A stretch of DNA of 64,000 nucleotides, from the NCBI GenBank assembly GCA_017533785.1, contig JAFWII010000007.1:20349-84348 (forward strand). Direction: 5' to 3'. Source of the DNA: Erysipelotrichaceae bacterium (GTDB lineage: Bacteria; Bacillota_I; Bacilli_A; Erysipelotrichales; Erysipelotrichaceae). Positions within the stretch are counted from its first letter, which is position 1; every line of letters begins with the position of its first letter. Positions 27,265 to 36,810 of this stretch are shown piece after piece. Under the pieces are notes generated by a model. It did no database searches, was not told the origin of the DNA, and saw only the letters and a program-made list of their open reading frames with translations. Both the position numbers and the translations under genes were made by a program.

Positions 27265-27283
27265 GCGAAACCGAGTTTGTCCA

Positions 27284-27312
27284 TTGACTAACAAGTGAAC
27301 GCAAACTATAAT
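27284..27312 (+). promoter_or_regulatory. gap promoter, consensus TTGACT-N17-TATAAT
   Basis: TTGACT aacaagtgaacgcaaac TATAAT, 30 nt before the gap ATG. Confidence 0.75.
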
Positions 27313-27342
27313 TATCTATGTGAAACAAGGAGGATTTTTAAA

Positions 27343-28359
27343 ATGTCTCAAGTAAAAGTTGCTATCAACGGATTTGGTCGTATCGGCCGTTTAGCTTTCC
27401 GTCAGATGTTTGGTGATCCGGACTATGATATCGTCGCGATCAACGATCTGACTGCTCCGAAAATGCTGGCTCAGTTATTAAAGTATGATACATGCCAGGG
27501 TAAGTACGATCATGACATCAAAGCTACCGATAACTCCATCATCGTTGACGGCGAAGAAATCATCATCTACAAAGAAGCTGATGCAAACAACCTGCCGTGG
27601 AAAGAATTAGACGTCGACGTCGTTCTCGAATGCACAGGTTTCTATACATCCAAGGAAAAGGCTTCCGCTCATGTCAACGCCGGCGCTAAAAAGGTCGTTA
27701 TCTCTGCTCCTGCAGGAAAAGATCTGCCGACCATCGTCTACAACGTCAACCATAAGACCCTGAAGCCGGAAGACACCATCATCTCCGCTGCAAGCTGCAC
27801 CACAAACTGCTTAGCTCCGATGGCAAAGGCTCTGAACGACTATGCTCCGATCCAGACTGGTATCATGTGCACAGTTCACGCTTACACAGGCGACCAGATG
27901 CTGCTCGACGGTCCGCATCGTAAGGGCGATCTGCGCAGAGCTCGTGCTGCTGCTCAGAACATCGTTCCGAACACCACCGGCGCTGCTAAGGCGATCGGCC
28001 TCGTCGTTCCGGAACTCGATGGCAAACTGATCGGCGCTGCTCAGCGTGTACCGGTTCCGACAGGTTCTTCCACAATGCTGTTCGCAGTCGTTAAGAGCGA
28101 TAAGGAAGTTACGAAGGAAAGCATCAATGAATTCATGAAGTCCCAGGAAAACGAATCCTTCGGCTACAATGATGAATCCATCGTTTCCAGCGACATCATC
28201 GGCGAAACTCATGGTTCCATCTTCGATCCGACACAGACAATGGTCGCTAAGGTCGATGACAACACCTATGAAGTTCAGGTCGTATCCTGGTACGATAACG
28301 AAAACTCCTACACATCTCAGATGGTCAGAACCATCAAATACATGAATAGCCTTCGCTAA
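27343..28359 (+). CDS. gap: type I glyceraldehyde-3-phosphate dehydrogenase
   Basis: [21 protein letters not shown] active site; start set to ATG 27343 with AAGGAGG SD. Confidence 0.97.
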   Translation: MSQVKVAINGFGRIGRLAFRQMFGDPDYDIVAINDLTAPKMLAQLLKYDTCQGKYDHDIKATDNSIIVDGEEIIIYKEADANNLPWKELDVDVVLECTGFYTSKEKASAHVNAGAKKVVISAPAGKDLPTIVYNVNHKTLKPEDTIISAASCTTNCLAPMAKALNDYAPIQTGIMCTVHAYTGDQMLLDGPHRKGDLRRARAAAQNIVPNTTGAAKAIGLVVPELDGKLIGAAQRVPVPTGSSTMLFAVVKSDKEVTKESINEFMKSQENESFGYNDESIVSSDIIGETHGSIFDPTQTMVAKVDDNTYEVQVVSWYDNENSYTSQMVRTIKYMNSLR

Positions 28360-28390
28360 TCTGTAACTGGTAATCAAAATCTGAAATGGT

Positions 28391-28424
28391 ATACAGCCTC
28401 CTGCTAAAGGAGGCTGTATTTTTG
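28391..28424 (+). terminator. intrinsic terminator after gap
   Basis: ATACAGCCTCC-loop-GGAGGCTGTAT then TTTTT. Confidence 0.85.
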
Positions 28425-28432
28425 TTTGGAGA

Positions 28433-28441
28433 TGATACTAT
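28433..28441 (+). promoter_or_regulatory. extended -10 TGaTACTAT, 7 nt upstream of ATG 28449, no SD (leaderless candidate)
   Basis: GA TGA TACTAT ATAAACG ATG. Confidence 0.4.
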
Positions 28442-28448
28442 ATAAACG

Positions 28449-29252
28449 ATGAGAACGATTAAACTGATCGCCTGCGATCTTGACGGAACGCTGCTGCAGA
28501 ACGGAGCGCAGCAGCTTGAGCCGGATACCTGCAAACTGATCGGTGCGCTGCTTGACCGGGGCGTGCGTTTTTATGCCGCCAGCGGCAGGCAGTATCCCAA
28601 TCTGCGGGATCTTTTCGAACCCGTTAATGACCGTATCGGATATATCTGTGAAAACGGGACCGTTGTGATCGAAGGGGATGTTTGCCTGCGCAAAAGCGTT
28701 CTGGACCGTGATATCGCGCTGAGGATCGCGGAAGAAGCAGATGCTTTTCCGGAGTACGAAGTCCTCGTATCCGGCGAAAGGACCGGCTACATCCGTCCAA
28801 AAAGCGAATACTTCTATCATTATCTGAGAGATGAGGTGAAAGACCGGCTGCAGCTGGTACGTGATTTTGCCGATGTACCGGAGGAGATCGTCAAGGTATC
28901 GATCTTCGAGAGAGACGGCAGGATCGATGATGATTACTGGAAGCAAAAATATGGAAAATCATTGTCTGCGACCAGAGGAGCGCAGCGCTGGTTCGATCTG
29001 TTTGCTAAAGGCGCGGATAAAGCCTCTGCTTTGAAATGGGTCTGTGAGAGCATACCTGTTTCTCCGGATGAGTGTATGGCGATCGGAGACGGTGAAAACG
29101 ATCTCGGCATGGTGAGTTTTGCCGGCTGCGGGGTCGCTATGGAAAACGGCGATGAGCGGCTGAAGAGAATTGCCGATCTGCGGATAAAAAAAGCAGAAGA
29201 CTTCTTCTGCTCGCTTCTGCAGGGAAGGGATGACCTTACTCTGCCGTTGTAA
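28449..29252 (+). CDS. Cof-type HAD-IIB phosphatase
   Basis: IKLIACDLDGTLL motif I, ASGR, GDGENDLGM motif. Confidence 0.85.
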   Translation: MRTIKLIACDLDGTLLQNGAQQLEPDTCKLIGALLDRGVRFYAASGRQYPNLRDLFEPVNDRIGYICENGTVVIEGDVCLRKSVLDRDIALRIAEEADAFPEYEVLVSGERTGYIRPKSEYFYHYLRDEVKDRLQLVRDFADVPEEIVKVSIFERDGRIDDDYWKQKYGKSLSATRGAQRWFDLFAKGADKASALKWVCESIPVSPDECMAIGDGENDLGMVSFAGCGVAMENGDERLKRIADLRIKKAEDFFCSLLQGRDDLTLPL

Positions 29253-30411
29253 CGATCTTTTTCAGTTCTGAAGAAATCAAATCGTTGCGAAGTCTGTTCC
29301 GGAAGGAAGGATCAAGTTGCATTACCAGCTGTTTCTCTTCCTGCAGGAGCAGGCTTTTTTCGATCTTCATATCATATTGTTTCTCGATATTCCGGATGAC
29401 CCTCGTCTGCTGGTCTTGCGGCATGCTGAAAAGGGCAGTGGAAAGCGCATCCAGGACACCTGCGTTTTTATCGGAAACAAGCGAGATGCTGCGGTAGAGG
29501 TTCTGACTGTATCCGGTAAAGGGATCAAGAATATGGTGACGTCGAATGATATGTCCGTCGGTGTCTGCTGTGAGGAAATAGCGTTCATAATCGCCAGAAG
29601 TGGACAGAGCAATGTTGTCTGCTGTAAACGCATACAGCATCGAACCGGTGTCCGGGGAAAGGATACCGATCGTCCAGGATGGATCTTCACCTTCCTTTGT
29701 ATAGGTTATGACAGAAGAAGAACCTCCGTCGATCAGAAAGGATGTTTCGTGAGAGATCAGTTTTTCATACGCTCTGTCGAGCACGTATCCCTTGGTAAAT
29801 GCACCGAGGTCGATCCGAACGGAATCGCTGCAGCGGTCATTCTTATGGAAAGTAACAGTGCTGTTTGCCTTATCGATCTCGATCGTTTCACGAAGTTCAT
29901 TTACTTCCAGCCGGCAGGCCAGCGCTTCTTCGATCTCCTTTGCATCGGGATCGCTGTCGTAGTGTTCTTTCGAAGAGAACTTGGGCATCCATAGATCACT
30001 GAGTCTGCCTACGGTGGGATTGAAATAACCCTCTGTCAGTTCGGCCAAAACAAAACTTTCTTCCAGAGCGGCGATCAGATCAGGATCGACTTTGACCGGC
30101 GTCTCTGTGCCGTAACTGTCATTGATGACCTTCAGGTTGTTGATACGTTCCCCGTCAACACTGTAGTAATGATGCGAATCAAGAAACTGATGAAAATGAA
30201 TGATGGTTTCGTTCAGGTCTGTCTGCATTCCGTCACCTTTTGCGGAATCGATCACGGTCAGGCGGACTTCCGTGTTCAGTAAAAGCACCATTTCACCGCT
30301 CTCATCGGTAATCGGTGGCAGCCAGTATGAGTATTTCTCGGCTTCTTTCTTTCCGCAGCCGAAAAACAGTAAAAGTGCGAAAAGAAGTACAAGCAGTTTC
30401 ATTCGGTACAT
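29236..30411 (-). CDS. apbE: FAD:protein FMN transferase (ApbE family lipoprotein)
   Basis: lipobox LLFFGCG; DLGAFTKGYVLDRA, ALSTSGDYERYF, HILDPFTGY ApbE motifs; start at ATG 30411 (MYRMKLL). Confidence 0.85.
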   Translation of the reverse strand: MYRMKLLVLLFALLLFFGCGKKEAEKYSYWLPPITDESGEMVLLLNTEVRLTVIDSAKGDGMQTDLNETIIHFHQFLDSHHYYSVDGERINNLKVINDSYGTETPVKVDPDLIAALEESFVLAELTEGYFNPTVGRLSDLWMPKFSSKEHYDSDPDAKEIEEALACRLEVNELRETIEIDKANSTVTFHKNDRCSDSVRIDLGAFTKGYVLDRAYEKLISHETSFLIDGGSSSVITYTKEGEDPSWTIGILSPDTGSMLYAFTADNIALSTSGDYERYFLTADTDGHIIRRHHILDPFTGYSQNLYRSISLVSDKNAGVLDALSTALFSMPQDQQTRVIRNIEKQYDMKIEKSLLLQEEKQLVMQLDPSFRNRLRNDLISSELKKIVTTAE

Positions 30412-30417
30412 GCTATC

Positions 30418-30423
30418 ATTATA
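30418..30423 (-). promoter_or_regulatory. -10 box TATAAT exactly 6 nt upstream of the apbE ATG, no SD (leaderless candidate)
   Basis: minus strand CCG TATAAT GATAGC ATG. Confidence 0.45.
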
Positions 30424-30477
30424 CGGTATAAAGGCCGCTGCAAGATGAAGAAACGGGCGGTCAAGGAGGGTTTCACT

Positions 30478-31521
30478 ATGGATCTTAATAACGAATTCTT
30501 GCGAAAAGATCACAGCAAACAGAAAATGACGATGATCGGCGGTATCGTACTGCTCGTCCTGGCGATCCTGCTGGTCAGCGTGGCTGCCGTGCAGGTCTTC
30601 GGTTCTAAAAAGAACGCGGAGCACCTGAACGACGTCATCGTGCGCACGGAAGGGGAAAAGACCAACGTGCCGGCTTACGCGGATTTTGACGGTTTCTTCC
30701 AGTTCGCTTCTTACGGCGACGATCTCGGCTACTATATCGCCTACGATGAGGATTATTTCTACATCATGTCGATCGCCGAGAAGGACTATGAATACTTTGC
30801 GAAAAAGTATGATGAGACAGACGGAGCTGTCCGCTTCTGGGGCTATACCGAAGAGATCCCGTATCAGGCAAAACAGTATGCGATCGAAGTTCTCAATGAG
30901 GAAATGGAAGACGAGAATTTCGTCAGTTACAGCAACTTTGACGATATCTTCGGCGATGTCATGCTGGCAGCAGACAAGGAATCCAACGTTTTCGGCCTGA
31001 AATCGATGTTCAATAAGAAAGGCTATCTTGTCTTCCCGGGTCTGCTGGCTGCTTTATTCGGACTGATCCTGTTCTTCGCCGGTAAGTCTGCCCTGAAGAG
31101 TTACGATAATCTGTTCGGATCTTCCGATTATCAGGGTCAGCGCGTGCTGTCGGAAATCAATTCCGGAACCGCAAAATGGTTCAACGATCTGCGCGTCTAT
31201 CTGACAGATCATTTTCTTGTCAGCATCCGCAGCGGCGTAAGCGCAATCGCATTCACCGATATCTTCTGGGCGTATATCACCCGTCACCGCACCAACGGTA
31301 TTGCGGATTACAATTTCCTGACAGTCTGCACAAAGGACGGAAAACGCGTCTCGCTGGGCAACGGCCGGACTGCCGGCAAAAAACACCGCGCACAGACGGA
31401 AGAGGAGCATTCCGAGATCCTCAATGCGATCTACGAGAAGAATCCGGATGTGCTGATCGGTTTCACCAAAGAGAACCAGGCTGCGTTTGCTGATCTTTGC
31501 AAACAGCTGAAACAGAAATAA
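30478..31521 (+). CDS. hypothetical two-TM membrane protein
   Basis: AAGGAGG 8 nt before ATG 30478 (MDLNNEFL); TM at IGGIVLLVLAILLVSVAAV and VFPGLLAALFGLILFFAG; no motif recognised. Confidence 0.55.
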   Translation: MDLNNEFLRKDHSKQKMTMIGGIVLLVLAILLVSVAAVQVFGSKKNAEHLNDVIVRTEGEKTNVPAYADFDGFFQFASYGDDLGYYIAYDEDYFYIMSIAEKDYEYFAKKYDETDGAVRFWGYTEEIPYQAKQYAIEVLNEEMEDENFVSYSNFDDIFGDVMLAADKESNVFGLKSMFNKKGYLVFPGLLAALFGLILFFAGKSALKSYDNLFGSSDYQGQRVLSEINSGTAKWFNDLRVYLTDHFLVSIRSGVSAIAFTDIFWAYITRHRTNGIADYNFLTVCTKDGKRVSLGNGRTAGKKHRAQTEEEHSEILNAIYEKNPDVLIGFTKENQAAFADLCKQLKQK

Positions 31522-31625
31522 GCAGTCATTTCTCTTCTATTGATCACAATTTGCGCTAAAATGAATCATGGTTCGTTTTAACGGCGGCGCAGAACAGGAC
31601 TGGATGCAGATCGGGGTATTGTGTT

Positions 31626-32327
31626 ATGGATGTAAAAGCTTTTTTGAAGGGTCTTTCCAAAAATCATTCACTGGGAGCGATCCTTATCAACATGATGCTG
31701 GCTGCGTTCAGTCTTTTTCTTAACGGTCTCGGGATCTATCTGACGATCCAGGCGAACATCGGTGTTGCGCCCTGGGATGTGCTGAACCTCGGTGTTTCAA
31801 GGACCTTCGGGATCCTTTACGGTTCCGCCTCGATCACTACTGCCTTTATCATCCTGGTGATCGACATCCTGCTGAGGGAACCGATCGGGATCGCGATGTT
31901 CATCGATGCTGTCGTCGTCGGCAAATCAGTCGACTTCTTCAACCGTCTGAATCTGGTTCCGAAAAGCAGTTCGATCTTCATGTCGATCCCGCTGATCGTC
32001 GTTGGTCTGATCGTGATCGCCTATACTCAATTCGGCTATATGACCGCGTCTCTGGGTTGCGGTCCACGTGATACGCTGCTGGTTGCGCTAGCCAAAAGAG
32101 CGAAAAAGGTACCGATCGGTCTGGTCAGCATCATTATGCTCAGCACGGCAACGCTTGTCGGCTGGCTGCTGGGAGGACAGGTTGGGATCGGAACTTTGAT
32201 CTGCGCGTTTTGTGCCGGACCGATCATGCAGTTCTGTTTCCATACGGTACGCTTCGACGCAACAGCCATCGTGCACCAGCATCTGACCGATTCTTTCCGG
32301 ACAATCTTCGCAAAAGCAGTAAACTGA
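31626..32327 (+). CDS. YczE/YitT-like membrane protein
   Basis: NGLGIYLTIQANIGVAPWDVLNLG and GCGPRDTLLVAL are typical of the YczE family. Confidence 0.6.
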   Translation: MDVKAFLKGLSKNHSLGAILINMMLAAFSLFLNGLGIYLTIQANIGVAPWDVLNLGVSRTFGILYGSASITTAFIILVIDILLREPIGIAMFIDAVVVGKSVDFFNRLNLVPKSSSIFMSIPLIVVGLIVIAYTQFGYMTASLGCGPRDTLLVALAKRAKKVPIGLVSIIMLSTATLVGWLLGGQVGIGTLICAFCAGPIMQFCFHTVRFDATAIVHQHLTDSFRTIFAKAVN

Positions 32328-32335
32328 GACATATT

Positions 32336-32357
32336 GCCGGCACTCTGCCGGCTTTTT
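32336..32357 (+). terminator. intrinsic terminator
   Basis: GCCGGCA-CTC-TGCCGGC then TTTTT. Confidence 0.8.
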
Positions 32358-32504
32358 GTTTGGGAAAACATATAGATTGTGCATTCAAACAATTTAGATA
32401 ATCTATAGCGTTCATTGAAAAGGTTGATATAACAAAGCTGTCGTTTTCGCACATTTTGGCCTTGAAAAATGATAAACTGTCTTTAGCTACAAAGGAGAAC
32501 GCGA

Positions 32505-33782
32505 ATGCCTTTTTTGATTGGTCCGATGCATCAGCACATTGACGGGCGCAAGGAGCTGACTGCACATAACGAGATCCTGAGGCCGGAACCGGCAAAAGAA
32601 CTCCGGATCGCACTGAATCATGGCAATACCGAAGCGAAGTGCCTGGTCGAAGTCGACCAGGAAGTCAAGATCGGGACAAAGATCGCCGAAAGAAGCGACT
32701 TCGTTTATGTTCCGTTTTTTTCGCCGGTCTCCGGTAAAGTCGTACGGATTGAAAAAAAGCCCGGCGTGAATCTGCGTCCGGTCACTTATGTCGTGATCGA
32801 AAATGATCATCAGGAGAGAACAGAGGAACTGTCTACCCTGAGCGAAGATGCAAACAAGGAAGAGATCATCGCCTTCCTGAAAGAAAAGGGGATCATCGGC
32901 TGCGGCGGCGCCGGTTTCCCGACTTACTTCAAGTACCAGACAGATAAATGTGAAACGCTGCTGATCAATGCAGTCGAATGTGAACCGTTCATTACCAGCG
33001 ATGCCAGAATGATCGAGGAACACATCGATTATCTGAAGCTTGGTGTACGCATGCTGTTCCGTGCTTCCGGTGCAAAAGTCTGCCGCATCTGTATCAAGGA
33101 AAACAAAGAAGAACTTATCCGTCTGCTGGAAGAGACCTTCCACGGTGAGCAGGGGATCGAGATCACCCGCCTGAAGGATCTCTACCCGATGGGCTGGGAA
33201 AGAACGCTTGTCTACGAAGTGCTGCATAAGCGTTATGAAAAACTGCCGATCGAAGCCGGTGCGATCATTTCGAATGCAACTACGGCGATCTATTTCGGCA
33301 GAGCAATGAAGACCGGTCTGCCGATCGATCAGAAACTGATCACGGTATCCGGCGATGCGGTCAAGGAACCGCATAATGTGCTTGCAAAAGTCGGAACAAG
33401 CTTCCACGACCTCATTGAAGCCTGCGGCGGCTATACAGCGGACCAGGTCAAAGTCCTGGCCGGCGGCCCGATGATGGGTTCTTCGGTCAACAAGGACGAA
33501 GTCACGATCAGTCCCTCCAGCAACGCGGTCACCGTCCTGAAATACGAGAAGGACGACGAGATCGCCTGTCTGCGCTGCGGCACCTGTGCCGACCACTGCC
33601 CGTCCGGTCTGCGTCCGGTCAACATCATGCAGGCGATGAAAGCCAATGATCTGACCCGTATCAAACTGCTGAAAGTCAGCGACTGTATCGAATGCGGTCT
33701 GTGCAGCTACAACTGTCCGTCCAAGATCGCAGTCACCGAGAACATGCGCAGGGCAAAACGCCTTACCGCGCTGCGCAAATAG
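32505..33782 (+). CDS. rnfC: Rnf electron transport complex subunit C
   Basis: GIIGCGGAGFPT, two ferredoxin motifs CLRCGTCADHCP and CIECGLCSYNCP. Confidence 0.95.
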   Translation: MPFLIGPMHQHIDGRKELTAHNEILRPEPAKELRIALNHGNTEAKCLVEVDQEVKIGTKIAERSDFVYVPFFSPVSGKVVRIEKKPGVNLRPVTYVVIENDHQERTEELSTLSEDANKEEIIAFLKEKGIIGCGGAGFPTYFKYQTDKCETLLINAVECEPFITSDARMIEEHIDYLKLGVRMLFRASGAKVCRICIKENKEELIRLLEETFHGEQGIEITRLKDLYPMGWERTLVYEVLHKRYEKLPIEAGAIISNATTAIYFGRAMKTGLPIDQKLITVSGDAVKEPHNVLAKVGTSFHDLIEACGGYTADQVKVLAGGPMMGSSVNKDEVTISPSSNAVTVLKYEKDDEIACLRCGTCADHCPSGLRPVNIMQAMKANDLTRIKLLKVSDCIECGLCSYNCPSKIAVTENMRRAKRLTALRK

Positions 33783-33794
33783 AAAGGAGCAGGT

Positions 33795-34907
33795 ATGGAG
33801 ATCAAGTATAATCCGGGACCGAATATCCGGTCCAAACGTTCCACCAAGCAGATCATGCTGTATCTGACCTGCGGGCTCCTCGTTGTTTACGTATTCGGTC
33901 TGCAGTACTACCTCCGTCAGGGTTCCTTCTTCCTTAAGCAGGCGATCCTGCTGCCGCTGGCTTCTGTGATCACGGCAGTCGTAACGGAATGCCTGTATGC
34001 ACTGTTCCTGAAGAAAAACGTAGTCTCTTATCTGCGTTCTTCCTTCCCCTGGGTGACTGGTCTGATCCTGGCCTTATGTGTGCCGATCAATACGAGTATC
34101 CACGCCATTGTGATGGCCTGCTTTGTCGGTATCTTCTTCGGCAAGCTCGTCTTCGGCGGTTTCGGTCAGAATATCTTTAACCCGGCCGGTGTCGGCAGAG
34201 CGATCGTCCTGACCGCCTTTACCGGCGCCAGGATCGTTGATGTCGTCACTGCTGCAACACCGACTACGACATTTGCAAACCACGGCTGGATCCTCTCTCC
34301 GCAGGATATGCAGATTTTCCTGAATGATTTCGGCGGACTGAAGAATCTGTTCGTCGGCAATTACTTCGGCGCGCTTGGTGAAACCAGTACTCTGGCGATC
34401 CTTGTCGTAGCGGTAGTGCTGAGTCTGCTCGAGGTGATCGACTGGTATATCCCGGTCTTCTATCTTGGGACTCTGTTCGTTTCCGCGCTGATCATCGGTG
34501 CTTTCAATGGTATTGCGCTGCAGTATGCTCTGTTCATGATCTTCACCGGCGGCGCTGCATTCGGCGGTGTCTTCATGCTGACAGACCCGGTGACCAACCC
34601 GAATACCCGGGCTGGAAAGATGGTCTTTGCGATCCTTGCCGCTTTCCTGACGGCGCTGATCCGTTTCAAGGCTTCTCTGCCGGAAGGCGTCGTCTTCTCG
34701 ATCCTGCTCGTCAATATCCTGACGCCAGCGATCGAAAAATATTTCGATGGTAAATCCACAGACCGTGAGCAGAAGGATGCCTGGTCAGTCATCGCAGTCG
34801 CGGTGGTCTGCATCATCGGCATCGTTCTGATCGGTCTTTCGCTTGAACCGAAGGCCTATGCTTCGGTCATGAATACAGCAATAACGCTGAGGGGGACATG
34901 GTGGTGA
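33795..34907 (+). CDS. rnfD: Rnf complex subunit D
   Basis: polytopic NqrB/RnfD-like, FNPAGVGRA, VTAATPT flavinylation-type region. Confidence 0.9.
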   Translation: MEIKYNPGPNIRSKRSTKQIMLYLTCGLLVVYVFGLQYYLRQGSFFLKQAILLPLASVITAVVTECLYALFLKKNVVSYLRSSFPWVTGLILALCVPINTSIHAIVMACFVGIFFGKLVFGGFGQNIFNPAGVGRAIVLTAFTGARIVDVVTAATPTTTFANHGWILSPQDMQIFLNDFGGLKNLFVGNYFGALGETSTLAILVVAVVLSLLEVIDWYIPVFYLGTLFVSALIIGAFNGIALQYALFMIFTGGAAFGGVFMLTDPVTNPNTRAGKMVFAILAAFLTALIRFKASLPEGVVFSILLVNILTPAIEKYFDGKSTDREQKDAWSVIAVAVVCIIGIVLIGLSLEPKAYASVMNTAITLRGTWW

Positions 34908-35413
34908 AAAAAATGATCATTTCCGTGCTGTTCCTGGCTTTCGTAAGTGCTGTTGCCGGCGCTGCGATCACATTTTTCAATGATATGACCGCACCGACGA
35001 TCGCGATCAATGCTGAAAGAGAAGAACAGGCGACCCTGCGCAAGATGTTTCCAGACGGCGAATTCGCGGAGATCGGCGGTTATACCGAATGTGAGGAAGT
35101 GCTCGCTGTCTACGAAGTCAAGGGACAGGGCTATATCGTGAAAGGTACTGCCGTCGGCTACAATTCATCGACCCCGATCATCGTTCTTGTCGGTTTTGAC
35201 CAGAACGGTGTAACGACCGGTATGCTGCCGCTGCAGCAGCAGGAGACCAGCGGATATGGTTCCCGCTGTTTTGAAACGGATTTTTCCGTACCTGCATATA
35301 CAGGCAAGAGTTCCGCAGAGGAAGTCGATATGCTTTCCGGCGCGACCCGCACCAGTGATGCTTTAAGAAGGATCATGGAAGCTTCTTTCCGTGTAATGGA
35401 AGAGGTGAAGTAA
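34898..35413 (+). CDS. rnfG: Rnf complex subunit G (FMN-binding)
   Basis: N-terminal TM, FMN_bind-type LSGATRTSDAL flavinylation motif. Confidence 0.9.
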   Translation: MVVKKMIISVLFLAFVSAVAGAAITFFNDMTAPTIAINAEREEQATLRKMFPDGEFAEIGGYTECEEVLAVYEVKGQGYIVKGTAVGYNSSTPIIVLVGFDQNGVTTGMLPLQQQETSGYGSRCFETDFSVPAYTGKSSAEEVDMLSGATRTSDALRRIMEASFRVMEEVK

Positions 35414-35414
35414 G

Positions 35415-36065
35415 ATGTGGCAGAATTTTAAGAACGGTTTCATCAAAGAAAACCCGGTATTCGCGCTGTTCCTGGGCATGTGCAGTGCTCTGGCGATCTC
35501 CACCTCACTCAATAACGCGATCGGTATGGGAGTCTGTGTCACACTCGTCCTGCTGTTCTCGAACGTGATCATCTCGCTCATGCGCAAACTGATTCCGGAC
35601 GAGATCCGTATCCCGGTCTATATCGTCGTTATCGCTTCGCTTGTCACGATCGTTGAGATGCTGGTCCATGCGTATGCTCCGGCTCTCTATCAGTCGCTCG
35701 GCGTATTCCTTTCTCTGGTCGTTGTAAACTGTATCATCCTTGGCCGTGCGGAAGCGTTCGCTTCCAAGAACGGCGTCGCCGCTTCAGCGGTCGACGGTAT
35801 CGGCATGGGTCTCGGCTACACTTTCGCTCTGATCCTGATCTCCGCTGTCCGTGAATTCCTGGCGACTGGCGGTATCCACTTCGCTAACCCGTTCAATTCC
35901 GAGCAGATCCTCTTCGGCTTCTCGATCGATGCCCTAAAAGGCTTTACGATCCCGCTGATGAGCGGTCCGGTCGGTGCATTCCTGACATTCGCCTGTTTCG
36001 CAGCTCTCTTCGCGATGCTGAAAGAAAGAGCCGCACAGAAAGAAAAGGAGGCGCAAAAGAAATGA
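35415..36065 (+). CDS. rnfE: Rnf complex subunit E
   Basis: ENPVFALFLGMCSALAIST, NCIILGRAEAFA typical of RnfE/NqrD. Confidence 0.9.
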   Translation: MWQNFKNGFIKENPVFALFLGMCSALAISTSLNNAIGMGVCVTLVLLFSNVIISLMRKLIPDEIRIPVYIVVIASLVTIVEMLVHAYAPALYQSLGVFLSLVVVNCIILGRAEAFASKNGVAASAVDGIGMGLGYTFALILISAVREFLATGGIHFANPFNSEQILFGFSIDALKGFTIPLMSGPVGAFLTFACFAALFAMLKERAAQKEKEAQKK

Positions 36066-36634
36066 ATCTTCTGTCTCTTGCATTAGCGGCGATCCTGATC
36101 AACAATGTCGTCCTGACGAAGTATCTCGGTCTCTGTCCGTTCTTCGGCGTTTCCAAGAGTTCCAAGAGCGCGGTCGGCATGGGTCTGGCCGTCACCTTCG
36201 TTATCTTCGGCGCTTCTCTGATCACCTATTTCCTGTATTATGTCATCCTCGTTCCGAACAAGATGGAATACATGCGTCTGATCACGTTCATCCTGGTCAT
36301 CGCGTCCTTCGTCCAGTTCGTCGAGATGTTCATCAAAAAGTTCTCCGCAAGCCTCTATAAGGCTCTGGGGATCTATCTTCCGCTGATCACGACCAACTGT
36401 GTCGTTCTCTATGTTGCGCAGGACAATATCACCCAGAAATACGATCTGCTGACGACCTGTGTCAATTCACTGGCTGTCCCGATCGGCTACATGCTGGTCC
36501 TGGTGCTGTTCTCCTGCATGCGCGAGCGTCTTGACAGTTCCGCTACGCCGAAATCCTGGAAGGGGAACCCGATCGCGCTGGTCGCAGCTGCCCTGATGGC
36601 GCTGGCGTTCAGCGGTCTGGCCGGTATCGTCTAA
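36062..36634 (+). CDS. rnfA: Rnf complex subunit A
   Basis: NNVVLTKYLGLCPFFGVS, LITTNCVVL typical of RnfA/NqrE. Confidence 0.9.
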   Translation: MNLLSLALAAILINNVVLTKYLGLCPFFGVSKSSKSAVGMGLAVTFVIFGASLITYFLYYVILVPNKMEYMRLITFILVIASFVQFVEMFIKKFSASLYKALGIYLPLITTNCVVLYVAQDNITQKYDLLTTCVNSLAVPIGYMLVLVLFSCMRERLDSSATPKSWKGNPIALVAAALMALAFSGLAGIV

Positions 36635-36810
36635 TGAAAGCGGTGATCTATTTTGTGGTCCTGGTGACCGTTTACTGTGTGTTCTATGTACTGAACCATC
36701 GTACAAAACGTCCGCAGGGATGTGAAGACCTGCGGCAGGAATGCGAATCCTGCCATATCGTCTCCTGCCCCGCAAACGGCGTCTACGAAGGAGGAAAGCA
36801 TAATGCTTAA
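36634..36810 (+). CDS. untracked 58-aa TM plus Cys-rich micro-protein between rnfA and rnfB
   Basis: MKAVIYFVVLVTVYCVFYVLNHRTKRPQGCEDLRQECESCHIVSCPANGVYEGGKHNA; ATG overlaps rnfA stop (TAATG), stop overlaps rnfB start (ATGCTTAA). Confidence 0.55.
   Translation: MKAVIYFVVLVTVYCVFYVLNHRTKRPQGCEDLRQECESCHIVSCPANGVYEGGKHNA

Noticed and set aside
26546-27328. 260-aa Ser/Ala/Phe-rich ORF on the minus strand
   Set aside because: It is the reverse complement of the K/E/A-rich repeat gene, so its composition is the mirror image of GAA/AAG/GCx codons. The plus-strand gene has a strong SD and a terminator.
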